The notes beneath the pieces are model-generated. The model worked only from the letters and a program-made list of their open reading frames with translations. It made no database searches and was not told the origin of the DNA. A DNA stretch of 64,000 nucleotides, taken from contig CAVXTM010000016.1 of the NCBI GenBank assembly GCA_963764725.1, positions 416,001-480,000 of the forward strand, read 5' to 3'. Source of the stretch: an uncultured Gammaproteobacteria bacterium. Lineage in GTDB: Bacteria; Pseudomonadota; Gammaproteobacteria; JACCXJ01. Positions 22,356 to 34,187 of this stretch are shown piece after piece. The first letter of the stretch is position 1. Each line of letters begins with the position of its first letter. Both the position numbers and the translations under genes were made by a program.

Positions 22356-22791
22356 GCTGGTGGTGGACGCGGCGACGGTTGACCCGCTTAGGTCGTCGAA
22401 AAAGGTACTCGTCTAAAGCCGTCTCGCAGATCGCCTTAAACCCTTTGTCCTGTACTTGATATGTATGCGCAGCAGACCTATCAACGGGCAAAATCTCACA
22501 CTCGCGGGATCATTAGGAGCCTCCTGGGGCATCTATCACGGTAGTGTCGTCATTATGGCGAGCCGCGGCGGTTTTACGACTGCGACGGCCGGCAACGGAA
22601 AGGGCATAGGGACCCTATGCAACACGGCCAGCGCGACGCTGGCCTATCGTCGCAAAGGATGATACGGTGACTTAGCGGTCGGGAAGCGCGGATATGCGTG
22701 CTTGTGGATGTCGGCCGCGGATGGCGTCGTTGGTGCTGGACTGGGGCCGCTTAGCACCGATGGCGCACGCCGTCCCCGCGAGAACAGAGCG

Positions 22792-23388
22792 ATGAGCAAC
22801 AACCTTCCTGTTATTTACCTGGCCCGGCACGGCGAGACGGCGTGGAGCCTCACGGGTCAACATACGGGGCTTACCGATCTTCCGCTGACCGAGCGCGGCG
22901 AGCAGAACGCCCGCGCGCTCAGGGAACGACTGATCGGACTGAAATTCGGGAAGGTGTTTACGAGCCCTTTGCAGCGTGCGGCACGGACCTGTGAGCTGGC
23001 CGGCTTCGGGGCCGTAGCCGAAGTCGATCGCGATCTGCTCGAATGGAACTACGGCCAATATGAGGGTCGCCGCACGGCCGAGATCCATGCTGAGCGCCCG
23101 GACTGGCAGCTTTTCCGCGACGGCTGCCCAGGCGGTGAATCGCCGGACCAAGTGGGCGCGCGGGCTGACTGCCTGCTGAGCCGGGTGCGAGCCGTCCGAG
23201 CGGACGTGCTGCTTTTTTCTAGCGGCCATTTCCTGCGGGTGCTCGCCGCCCGCTGGCTGGGGCTCGAACCGTCGGCCGGAAGATACCTCCTGCTGAGCAC
23301 CGCGAGCCTGAGTGCGTTAGGCTACGAACATAACCTGTGCGAACCGGTGATCCGGCTGTGGAATGACATTCGTCACGTAGGCATCTGA
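22792..23388 (+). CDS. Histidine phosphatase / phosphoglycerate mutase family protein
   Basis: YLARHGET, TSPLQRAARTC, EWNYGQYEG, FSSGHFLR. Confidence 0.92.
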   Translation: MSNNLPVIYLARHGETAWSLTGQHTGLTDLPLTERGEQNARALRERLIGLKFGKVFTSPLQRAARTCELAGFGAVAEVDRDLLEWNYGQYEGRRTAEIHAERPDWQLFRDGCPGGESPDQVGARADCLLSRVRAVRADVLLFSSGHFLRVLAARWLGLEPSAGRYLLLSTASLSALGYEHNLCEPVIRLWNDIRHVGI

Positions 23389-23442
23389 CCGGATCCGGTT
23401 TGAGATTCACCGAGGTTTAACTTCAACTTAAGAAAACTCCCT

Positions 23443-23625
23443 ATGAGCACAAAAAAAGAGTGATGGCGCCCCAGACGTCAACCGAATCCGAGAGTATTGC
23501 GAAACTTCGCAGTCAGTACGGGTGCGGTCCTATTGAATTCGGGGGCACGGACAACGCGTTGTACGAACGCCACCTTGTGTTCGACAACGTCGTCGATCTG
23601 GCGCCTTGACGATCGGCGCGCGCGA
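23443..23625 (+). pseudogene. Glycogen/alpha-glucan phosphorylase N-terminal fragment
   Basis: An unlisted frame reads QYGCGPIEFGGTDNALYERHLVFDNVVDL, recalled as the N-terminus of a GlgP subfamily found in such clusters. Confidence 0.65.
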
Positions 23626-23656
23626 TGCTCGCGGGCCACGAAACAGAGGAGACATA

Positions 23657-24748
23657 ATGAAAGCGACACAATTGCTTCACAATCTAGGCCAGAGTCTCTG
23701 GCTCGACAATATCACGCGCGACCTGCTGAACAGCGACACGCTCAAACGGTACATCGACGAGTTGTCGGTGACGGGGCTTACCTCAAATCCGACGATCTTC
23801 GACCATGCCATCAAAAACAGCACTGCTTACGACGCCGCGATCCGCGAGAAGCTGAGTAAGAGCAAATCGGGCGAAGCGCTCTTTTTCGAGCTAGCGCTGG
23901 AGGACATCACGCGGGCCGCCGACCTATTTCGACCAGTCTACGACCAGACGGACGGTGTGGACGGGTGGGTCTCGTTGGAAGTGTCGCCCTTGCTGGCCTA
24001 CGACACAGCCAGCAGCCTGGCTGCAGCCAAGGATCTGCACGGGCGGGCGGGACGGCCTAACCTGTTCATCAAGATCCCTGGAACCCAGAAAGGACTGCCT
24101 GCGATCGAGGAGGCGATCTTTGCGGGCATCCCGATAAACGTCACCCTGCTGTTCTCCCGAGAGCACTACATGTCGGCTGCCGAGGCATTCCTGCGGGGTA
24201 TTGAGCGGCGTATCGACGCCGGACTCAAGCCCGGCGTCGGCTCCGTCGCCTCGGTGTTTATCAGTCGCTGGGACTCCGCGGTGATGGGGAAGGTCCCTGA
24301 CTCGCTGCGCGACCAGCTCGGCATCGCCATCGCTAAGCGTACGTACAAGGCGTACCGCCAGTTGCTTGCCTCCCCCCGCTGGCAACGCGTTTTCAACGCC
24401 GGGGCGCGTCCCCAACGGCTCCTATGGGCCAGCACGGGAACCAAGGATCCCAAGGCATCCGACGTCCTCTACATCAAGGCCCTCGCTGCTCCTCTCACGG
24501 TGAACACGATGCCGGAGGGTACCTTGAAAGCCCTCGCCGATCACGGCGAATTGGGCACGATCCTGCCGGCAGACGGTGGCGACTGCGAGGAAGTGTTAGC
24601 GCAGTTCGCTAAGGCCGGAATCGATGTCGACGCCCTGGCCGCTCAGCTTCAGGATGAAGGGGCGAAGTCGTTCGTTAAGTCCTGGAACGAACTGATGGCG
24701 GTGATCACATCCAAGAGTGCTGCACTGAAGGAAACGGTAGCCAGTTGA
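23657..24748 (+). CDS. tal: Transaldolase
   Basis: SLWLDNITR, GLTSNPTIF, VSLEVSP, IKIPGT, QRLLWASTGTK; RBS GAGGAG. Confidence 0.96.
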   Translation: MKATQLLHNLGQSLWLDNITRDLLNSDTLKRYIDELSVTGLTSNPTIFDHAIKNSTAYDAAIREKLSKSKSGEALFFELALEDITRAADLFRPVYDQTDGVDGWVSLEVSPLLAYDTASSLAAAKDLHGRAGRPNLFIKIPGTQKGLPAIEEAIFAGIPINVTLLFSREHYMSAAEAFLRGIERRIDAGLKPGVGSVASVFISRWDSAVMGKVPDSLRDQLGIAIAKRTYKAYRQLLASPRWQRVFNAGARPQRLLWASTGTKDPKASDVLYIKALAAPLTVNTMPEGTLKALADHGELGTILPADGGDCEEVLAQFAKAGIDVDALAAQLQDEGAKSFVKSWNELMAVITSKSAALKETVAS

Positions 24749-24981
24749 AGGCCGGGGTTGATCGTACCGAGAACAACACACCTCAAATTTCCGCGGGCGA
24801 CGGAAGAGTCTCGGAGGCTTCCCATTTGAACGTGCTGGTTATTGATATAGGCGGGACGCATGTCAAAGTCCTCGCCACCGGACAAGCCCAACCTCGGGAG
24901 TTTCCCTCCGGGCCGACCCTGACGCCCAAAAAGATGGTCTCCGGAGTCAAGAAGCTCACGGCGGAATGGAAGTATATATAG
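24745..24981 (+). pseudogene. ROK-family / polyphosphate glucokinase N-terminal fragment
   Basis: [17 protein letters not shown]...FPSGPTLTP...WKY, then stop. Confidence 0.8.
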
Positions 24982-25010
24982 AGAAGTCAGGAGAGGAAAG
25001 GAGTAAGAAC

Positions 25011-26682
<1,672 letters not shown>

Positions 26683-26805
26683 TGACTCACGGCTATGACA
26701 GAGCTAACGTTCTGGCGGCCAAGAAGTGGCTGCAGCGATGGACCGGCTGCGAGCCAACATCAAGGAGTCGTGGAAACAACCTTAACGAGCGCATAGAGGT
26801 GATTT

Positions 26806-27826
26806 ATGCAACTTGGAATGATTGGTCTTGGAAGGATGGGGGCAAACATGGTGCGGAGGCTCCTCAAAGGAGGCCACCGGTGCGTAGTCTTCGACATGTC
26901 GCCGAAAGCAGTGAACGAGTTGGTCCAGGAGAAGGCGGCAGGAAGCTCCTCACTGCCTGATCTCGTGACCAAGTTGGAGAAGCCTCGGGCGGTATGGTTA
27001 ATGGTCCCGGCGGCAGTCGTGGAGAAAACCATTGCCGACCTCCTGCCCCACCTTGAGGCGGAAGACATCCTCATCGACGGCGGCAATTCCTATTACGTGG
27101 ATGACATCCGGCGCGCAAAGGAACTCGCAGCGAAGCGCATCCACTATGTGGACGTGGGGACGAGCGGTGGTGTGTGGGGCCTGGAACGCGGTTACTGCAT
27201 GATGATTGGTGGCGAAAAGGACGTGGTCAAGCACCTCGATCCAATCTTCTCGACGCTGGCGCCGGGCGCGGGTGACGTACCGCGCACGCCGGGACGCGAG
27301 AAATTTGACGGCACCGCCGAACAGGGTTATCTGCACTGCGGTCCCAACGGCGCCGGCCATTTTGTCAAGATGGTCCACAACGGTATCGAGTACGGCCTCA
27401 TGGCCGCCTACGCTGAGGGGCTCGGCATCTTGCGCGACGCCAACGTGGGCAAGGAACAGCACGCGATCGACGCCGAGACGACGCCACTGCGTGACCCCGA
27501 GCATTACCAGTATGATCTCGATTTGCGTGACATCGCGGAGGTGTGGCGGCGCGGCAGCGTGATCGCGTCGTGGTTGCTGGACCTAACGGCGGTGGGCTTG
27601 GTCGAAAGATCCCGCTCTGTCGCAGTTCACCGGGCACGTCTCGGATTCAGGCGAGGGCCGGTGGACGATCAAAGCCGCCATTGACGAGGCCGTACCGGTA
27701 CCCGTTCTCTCCGCCGCGCTTTACCAGCGCTTCACTTCGCGCGGTGAGGCGGATTATCAGGACAGGCTGCTCTCAGCGATGCGCTACGGCTTCGGCGGAC
27801 ACTTGGAGAAAGTAGCCGGTAAATAA
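26806..27826 (+). CDS. gnd: 6-phosphogluconate dehydrogenase, short YqeC/GntZ type (frameshift near 27608)
   Basis: [27 protein letters not shown]; the shifted frame continues VSDSGEGRW...[12 protein letters not shown]. Confidence 0.95.
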
Positions 27827-27850
27827 CCGCCTGAGAAAAGGAGATTTGCG

Positions 27851-29260
27851 ATGAGCGATTCCCATTCCGACGCCCTGGTCTTCTTCGGTGCCACGGGCGA
27901 TCTGGCCTACAAGAAAATCTTCCCGGCGCTGCAGGCGATGCTTAAACGTGGCCACCTCGACGTGCCGGTCATCGGTGTGGCCAAAGCCGGTTGGAACCTC
28001 GAACAGCTTCGGGCGCGGGCACACGACAGCCTCGAGAAACACGGCGGAGTCGATGCTACGGCTTTCGACAAGCTGAGTGGCTTACTGCGTTATGTGGACG
28101 GCGACTACACAGACTCTGCCACCTTCCAGACGATCCGCAAAGAACTCAAGGGGGCGCAACGGCCGGCGCATTACCTGGCCATCCCGCCCCTCCTGTTCGG
28201 AACGGTTGTGGAACAATTAGCGAAATCGGGCTGTGCCCAGGGCGCTCGCGTCATTGTCGAGAAGCCCTTCGGCAATGACCTTGCCTCGGCGCAGGAGCTC
28301 AACCGGATCCTGCATGCAGCCTTCCCCGAGTCCGGGATCTTTCGCATTGACCACTATCTTGGCAAGCGGCCGGTGAACAACGTGGTCGTTTTCCGGTTCG
28401 CCAACGCGTTCATGGAGCCGTTCTGGAATCGAAACTATATCGAAAGCGTGCAGATCACGATGGCGGAAGAATTCGGGGTGCAAGGACGCGGCGCTTTCTA
28501 CGATCAAACTGGCACCATTCGCGACGTGATCCAAAACCATCTCTTCCAAGTGCTGTGCAACCTTGCGATGGAGCCTCCGGTGCGCACAGACAGCCAAACC
28601 ATTCGTGATGAGAAGGTCAAGGTACTGAAAGCGATTCCACCGCTCCAGGCGAACAATCTCGTCCGAGGGCAGTTCCGCGGCTACCGCCAGGAAACGGGAG
28701 TAGCTCCCGATTCGAAGGTGGAAACCTTTGCCGCGCTGCGACTGGAGGTCGATTCCTGGCGTTGGAAGGGCGTGCCATTCTACATCCGAGCAGGGAAGAA
28801 CATGCCGGTGACCTGCACGGAGGTCCTTGGCCGGTTTCGAAAGCCTCCGACGGTCATCAGGGAGAGTGCTCTGTCTCAGAACCATCTGCGGTTCCGGATC
28901 AGTCCCGAGATGACGATAGCCGTAGGCACGACCGTTATGGCTCCGGGCGAAGTGATGAAAGGCGAGACGGTGGAGATGGTGGCCAGCCGTCATCCCCGTC
29001 CGGACGAGATGGAAGCGTACGAGCGCGTGCTGGGCGACGCGATGGCCGGAGACGCCACCCTGTTTGCCCGCGAGGATTACGTCGAAGAGGCGTGGCGAAT
29101 CGTCGATCCGGTGCTGAAGGCCAGCACTCCGATCTACGAATACGAGAAAGGTGCCTGGGGTCCGAGTGAGGTCGACCAGAGAGTTTCGCCTGCCGGAGGC
29201 TGGCATAACCCGACCGCCACAGACCAGGAAGATTTCCGCGTTGTTCCCGAAGCCGGCTGA
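27851..29260 (+). CDS. zwf: Glucose-6-phosphate 1-dehydrogenase
   Basis: [44 protein letters not shown]. Confidence 0.97.
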   Translation: MSDSHSDALVFFGATGDLAYKKIFPALQAMLKRGHLDVPVIGVAKAGWNLEQLRARAHDSLEKHGGVDATAFDKLSGLLRYVDGDYTDSATFQTIRKELKGAQRPAHYLAIPPLLFGTVVEQLAKSGCAQGARVIVEKPFGNDLASAQELNRILHAAFPESGIFRIDHYLGKRPVNNVVVFRFANAFMEPFWNRNYIESVQITMAEEFGVQGRGAFYDQTGTIRDVIQNHLFQVLCNLAMEPPVRTDSQTIRDEKVKVLKAIPPLQANNLVRGQFRGYRQETGVAPDSKVETFAALRLEVDSWRWKGVPFYIRAGKNMPVTCTEVLGRFRKPPTVIRESALSQNHLRFRISPEMTIAVGTTVMAPGEVMKGETVEMVASRHPRPDEMEAYERVLGDAMAGDATLFAREDYVEEAWRIVDPVLKASTPIYEYEKGAWGPSEVDQRVSPAGGWHNPTATDQEDFRVVPEAG

Positions 29261-29346
29261 CGAGGCGGTCGTGCCTAGGGCGGTTGTGAGTGGTCTTCGC
29301 ATCCGATGTGTGGGTTGTCAGATTGATCCCATCTGGAGAAAGTCCC

Positions 29347-30058
29347 ATGCAGCTCGAAGTGTTTGATGATGCCGATTCCGTCGCGCGAGCGGCTGCGGCG
29401 ACAATCGCCGCGGATGCTCGTGCGGCGATCCCTGCCCGTGGCCGCTTCGCGCTGGCTGTCAGTGGCGGCCACACTCCGTGGCTCATGCTGCGGACGCTGG
29501 CGGGGGAAGATATCCCTTGGGCGGGTGTGCATATATGCCAGGTCGACGAGCGTGTGGCTCCAGAGGGACACCTGGACCGAAACCTCACCCACTTGCGTGA
29601 AAGCTTGGTTCAGCATGCCCCCCTGCACCCGGAGCAGATTCATGCCATGCCGGTGGAATCGCCCGACCTGGAGGCCGCAGCCACGCAGTATTCCCTGGCT
29701 CTGCGGGAGCTCGCAGGATCGCCGCCGGTGCTCGACCTCGTCCACCTCGGTCTCGGTGCCGACGGCCATACTGCCTCACTGGTGCCTGGCGATGCGGTTC
29801 TCGATGTTACCGACGCGGACGTGGCGCCGACCGGAGTCTACCAAGGCAGACGCCGGATGACGTTGACGTATCCGATGCTCAATCGCGCCCGCCGGGTACT
29901 TTGGGTTGTGACCGGAAGTGAGAAGGTGGAAATGCTCCGTCGCCTGCGCGACGGCGATCGTGTCGATTCCCGCCGGGCGGGTCCGCCGCGAACACGCCCT
30001 GCTGCTGGCCGACCGCGCGGCAGCAGGACAGCTGACCCCTGAATACAAGCGAGGATAA
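29347..30058 (+). CDS. pgl: 6-phosphogluconolactonase (frameshift near the 3' end)
   Basis: SGGHTP, VDERV, LGLGADGHTASL, RMTLTYP. Confidence 0.92.
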
Positions 30059-30059
30059 C

Positions 30060-30551
30060 ATGCGCGTGGGAATTGCCACGGATCATGGTGGTTTTGGTTT
30101 GAAGGAAGAATTGGTTGCTCATCTCCTCGGGGCGGGGCATGAGGTAGTCGATTTCGGGGCGCATGGCCTGAACCCGGGCGACGATTATCCCGACTTCGTT
30201 ATCCCGCTCGCCCGGGCTGTGGCGGCAGGGACGGTCGAGCGCGGGGTGGCGATCTGCGGCAGCGGCGTCGGCGCGTCGGTCTGCGCAAACAAGATACCAG
30301 GCATTCGCGCCGGCCTGGTGCATGACCACTTCTCCGCCCGGCAAGGGGTCGAGGACGACCACATGAACATTATTTGTATGGGCGGCCGGACCATCGGTCT
30401 TCTCGTAGCCTGGGACCTCGTCGAGACGTTTCTGGCGGCCGAGTTTAGTCAAGCCGAGCGCCACCTGCGCCGTCTGGGCAAAGTGGCGTCGCTCGATCCG
30501 GAACTGATCAGCGACCGGCGTGGGGCGCCAATCAAACCGCTCCACACGTAG
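30060..30551 (+). CDS. rpiB: Ribose-5-phosphate isomerase B
   Basis: ATDHGG, DYPD, ICGSGVG, ANKIPGIRA, RHLRRLGK. Confidence 0.95.
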   Translation: MRVGIATDHGGFGLKEELVAHLLGAGHEVVDFGAHGLNPGDDYPDFVIPLARAVAAGTVERGVAICGSGVGASVCANKIPGIRAGLVHDHFSARQGVEDDHMNIICMGGRTIGLLVAWDLVETFLAAEFSQAERHLRRLGKVASLDPELISDRRGAPIKPLHT

Positions 30552-30666
30552 ATCTATACAACCAGCGCTCGGTGGTGTTCCTAATCGTGAAGGACACAGG
30601 CCACGACGCAGCGGCAGCAGTCGCGGCCGTGAAACAGAAAATCAGCGGATTAGCGAGGAGAAAACC

Positions 30667-32081
30667 ATGAGTACGACGCAAGTTGCTCAACCAATGACAG
30701 ACGCGGGAGTCGATCAGTTGTGTATCAATACCATCCGCACGCTTTCGATTGACGCGGTCCAGCAGGCCAAGTCCGGGCACCCCGGCACGCCGATGGCGCT
30801 CGCCCCTCTGGTCTACACCATTTGGAATCGCGTCATGCGCTTCGACCCGCAGGACCCGATCTGGCCCAACCGCGATCGGTTCGTGCTCTCGAACGGTCAC
30901 GCCTCGATGCTGCTCTGGTCGGTGCTCCACCTTACCAAGACACAGGCGGTCAATGCCGACTACGAGAGCCTGGGGCACTCCTCGGTAACCCTCGACGACA
31001 TCCGCCGCTTTCGGCAGCTCGACTGCAAAGCCCCGGGTCACCCCGAGTACCACTGGGTCTCCGGTGTCGAGACTACGACAGGCCCGCTCGGACAAGGTGT
31101 TGCCACGAGCGTGGGGATGGCCATCGCTCAGAAGTGGCTCGCCACCCGTTACAACCGGCCTGGGTTCGAGATCTTCGATTACAACATCTATGCTGTTTGC
31201 GGAGATGGTTGCATGATGGAGGGCATTGCGTCGGAAGCGGCGTCACTGGCCGCCCACCTGGGCCTCGACAATCTCTGCTGGGTCTATGACAACAATCACA
31301 TCACCATCGAAGGCAACACGCGCATCACCTTCACGGAGGACGTTGCAACCCGGTTCCTCGGTTACGGATGGAACGTTCTGCGGGTCGGCGATGCCAACGA
31401 TACCGATCGCATCGAACACGCCCTCGAGGTCTTCCGCAAGACGAAAGGCCGGCCGTCCTTCATCATTCTCGACAGCCATATCGGCTACGGTTCACCGCAC
31501 AAGCAGGACACCGCCGAAGCGCACGGCGAGCCGCTCGGCGAGGAGGAGATCCGCCTTACCAAGCGCAGCTACGGATGGCCCGAGAACGCGAGGTTCCTCG
31601 TGCCTGGTGGCGTTTATGAGCACTTCGCCGCTGGGATCGGCGTACGCGGCGCAAAGGCCCGCAAGGAATGGACGCATCCGGTGTGGCGCATGGCGCTTAC
31701 GTGCTGGCGGACGCCCCCAACGGCAACCCCGAAGTGATCCTGATCGCCTCGGGGAGCGAAGTCAGTCTCGCCGTGAATGCGCACGAAACACTGCTCTCCG
31801 AGGGCATCCGCTCGCGAGTGGTGTCGATGCCGTCCTGGGACATCTTCGACCACCAGACCCGGGAGTATCGGGACAGCGTGCTGCCACCCAATATGAAGGC
31901 GCGCGTCGCGGTCGAGCAGGCCTCCACTTTCGGATGGGAGCGATACGTCGGCACTTCCGGCCATGTGATCGGGATGAAGACTTTCGGAGCTTCGGCGCCG
32001 CTTAAGGAGCTCCAGAGGAAATTTGGCTTTGAGCCCGACCGGGTGGTGGCGGCAGCGAAAGAGCTGTTGGGCAGGGCGTAA
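30667..32081 (+). pseudogene. tkt: Transketolase with internal deletion at about 31673
   Basis: N-part has SGHPG, RDRFVLSNGH, TTGPLGQG and GDG; it jumps from ARKEWT directly to ASGVAHGAYVL...GSEV...FGASAP; the pyrimidine-binding domain is absent. Confidence 0.92.
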
Positions 32082-32180
32082 GGCCGATTCGGAACATGTC
32101 GACGGTTGCGGCCGCGCGGAGCCGAACCCTTCAAAGCGAATGAACTTCACTAGTGAAAGAGCAGGAAGGAAATCCTAATC

Positions 32181-33945
32181 ATGAAGGCCACAAAGACTTC
32201 ACCCAAGCAGCCGTCTAAGACGCTGTCACAGGAACAAGTGAGATTAATGAACGCCTACTGGCGAGCAGCCAATTACTTGTCGGTCGGCCAAATCTATCTG
32301 CTGGACAACCCACTGCTCAAGGAGCAGCTCAAGTCCGCGCACATCAAGCGGCGTCTGCTCGGCCACTGGGGGACGACGCCCGGCTTGAACTTCATCTACG
32401 TGCACCTCAACCGCCTGATCACGGAGCAGGACCTGAACATGATCTACATCGCCGGCCCCGGTCACGGAGGTCCGGGCATTGTCGCCAACGTCTACCTGGA
32501 AGGGACTTACAGCGAGGTGTATCCCAATGTATCGCAGAACACGGAAGGAATAAAGCGGCTGTTTAAACAATTCTCCTTCCCCGGCGGTATCCCGAGCCAC
32601 GTGGCGCCCGAAACTCCCGGCTCGATCCACGAAGGCGGCGAACTCGGCTACGCCATCTCTCACGCCTACGGTGCGGCGTTCGACAACCCCGACCTGATTG
32701 TCGCCTGTGTCGTCGGCGACGGCGAAGCCGAGACCGGGCCGCTCGCCGCCAGCTGGCATTCCAACAAATTTCTCAACCCCGCGGGTGACGGCGCGGTGCT
32801 GCCCATCCTGCACCTGAATGGCTATAAGATCGCTAACCCAACGGTGCTCGCGCGAATCAGCCGCGAGGAGCTGGAGAGCTTGTTCGTCGGCTACGGTTAC
32901 AAGCCATACCTGGTCGAAGGCTCCGAACCTGAGGCCACGCATCAATTGATGGCAAAGACGCTCGATACGTGCATCGCCGAGATCAAACAGATTCAGCAGC
33001 AGGCGCACGCGAAAGGTTACTCCGGCCGTGGACTAGATGTTTAACCAGCACGCCAAGTGGCTCAAGACGACTAGCAAGGAGATCCCGTGGCGCGCGCCCA
33101 TCGCTTCGCTGAATTACTTGCTCTCGTCCCACGTGTGGCGGCAGGATCACAACGGCTTTTCACACCAGGACCCCGGCTTTATCGATCACGCCACCAATAA
33201 GAAGGCCGACATCATTCGAGTCTATCTGCCGCCTGACGCCAACACACTGATCTCGGTGACTGATCACTGCCTGCGGAGCCGCAACTATATCAACATTGTG
33301 GTGGCGGGGAAACAACTGGCGTTGCAATACCTGGACATGGATTCAGCCATCAAGCACTGCACCGCCGGCATCGGGATCTGGGAATGGGCCAGCAACGACA
33401 AGGGCGGCGAACCGGATCTGGTAATGGCTTGCGCTGGCGATGTCCCGACTTTGGAGACGCTGGCGGCAGTGCATCTGCTCCGCCAATTCGTCCCCGACCT
33501 CAAGATTCGCGTGATCAATGTCGTGGACCTCATGAAGCTGCAGCCTGAGGAAGAGCACCCGCATGGCCTGCCGCACAAAGATTTTGACACCCTCTTCACG
33601 ACCGACAAACCAATCATTTTTGCTTATCACGGTTATCCTTGGCTGATCCACCGCATGACCTACCGGAGAACGAATCACGGGAATCTGCACGTCCGCGGCT
33701 ACAAAGAGGAGGGCACAACCACGACCCCGTTCGATATGACGGTTCGGAACGAGATGGACCGCTTCCACCTGGTGAATGACGCCATCGATCGGGTGCCGAA
33801 GCTCGGATACCTCGCCGCCTATGCCAAGCAGGCCATCCGCGACAAGTTGATTGAACACCAGCAGTACATTGCCGAGCATGGGGATGACATGCCCGAAGTC
33901 CGCGACTGGAAGTGGGGTGAAGTGAAGCGGGCCCCAGGCGGGTGA
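32181..33945 (+). pseudogene. xfp: Phosphoketolase with internal deletion at about 33028
   Basis: [15 protein letters not shown] and GDGEAETGP in the N-part; it jumps to [11 protein letters not shown]...[12 protein letters not shown]; the middle segment is missing. Confidence 0.92.
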
Positions 33946-33979
33946 AATGCAACCGCAAGGTTAACAGCCAGAAAATCCC

Positions 33980-34057
33980 TGGGACTAGCGCGTTTGACAA
34001 CTCACTGGGCCATTAGTACCCTTCCTTTTAGCGAAAAAGGGCGTTTATTCTCCCTAG
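33980..34057 (+). repeat. IS91/ISCR oriIS-like end with outward sigma70-like promoter facing the debranching-enzyme operon
   Basis: GGGACTAGCGCGTTTGACAACTCACTGGGCCATTAGTACCCT...AAAAAGGGCGTTTATTCTCCCTAG; TTGACA 33994-33999, 17 nt spacer, TACCCT 34017-34022. Confidence 0.75.
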
Positions 34058-34187
34058 GGTGGCCCTAGCCCCAAGCAAATCGCAGACGAGCTTTTTTGCC
34101 AAATGCAAAGACGTCACGGTGAAGGAATCGCCGGCTGCGGGCGCGGTCGATGAGTGCAATCGCCCTCGCGCCATGATCGGGTGATCC

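Noticed and set aside
22500-22790. Possible amidohydrolase C-terminal stub (GDLAVGKR)
   Set aside because: The match is too short to support a call.
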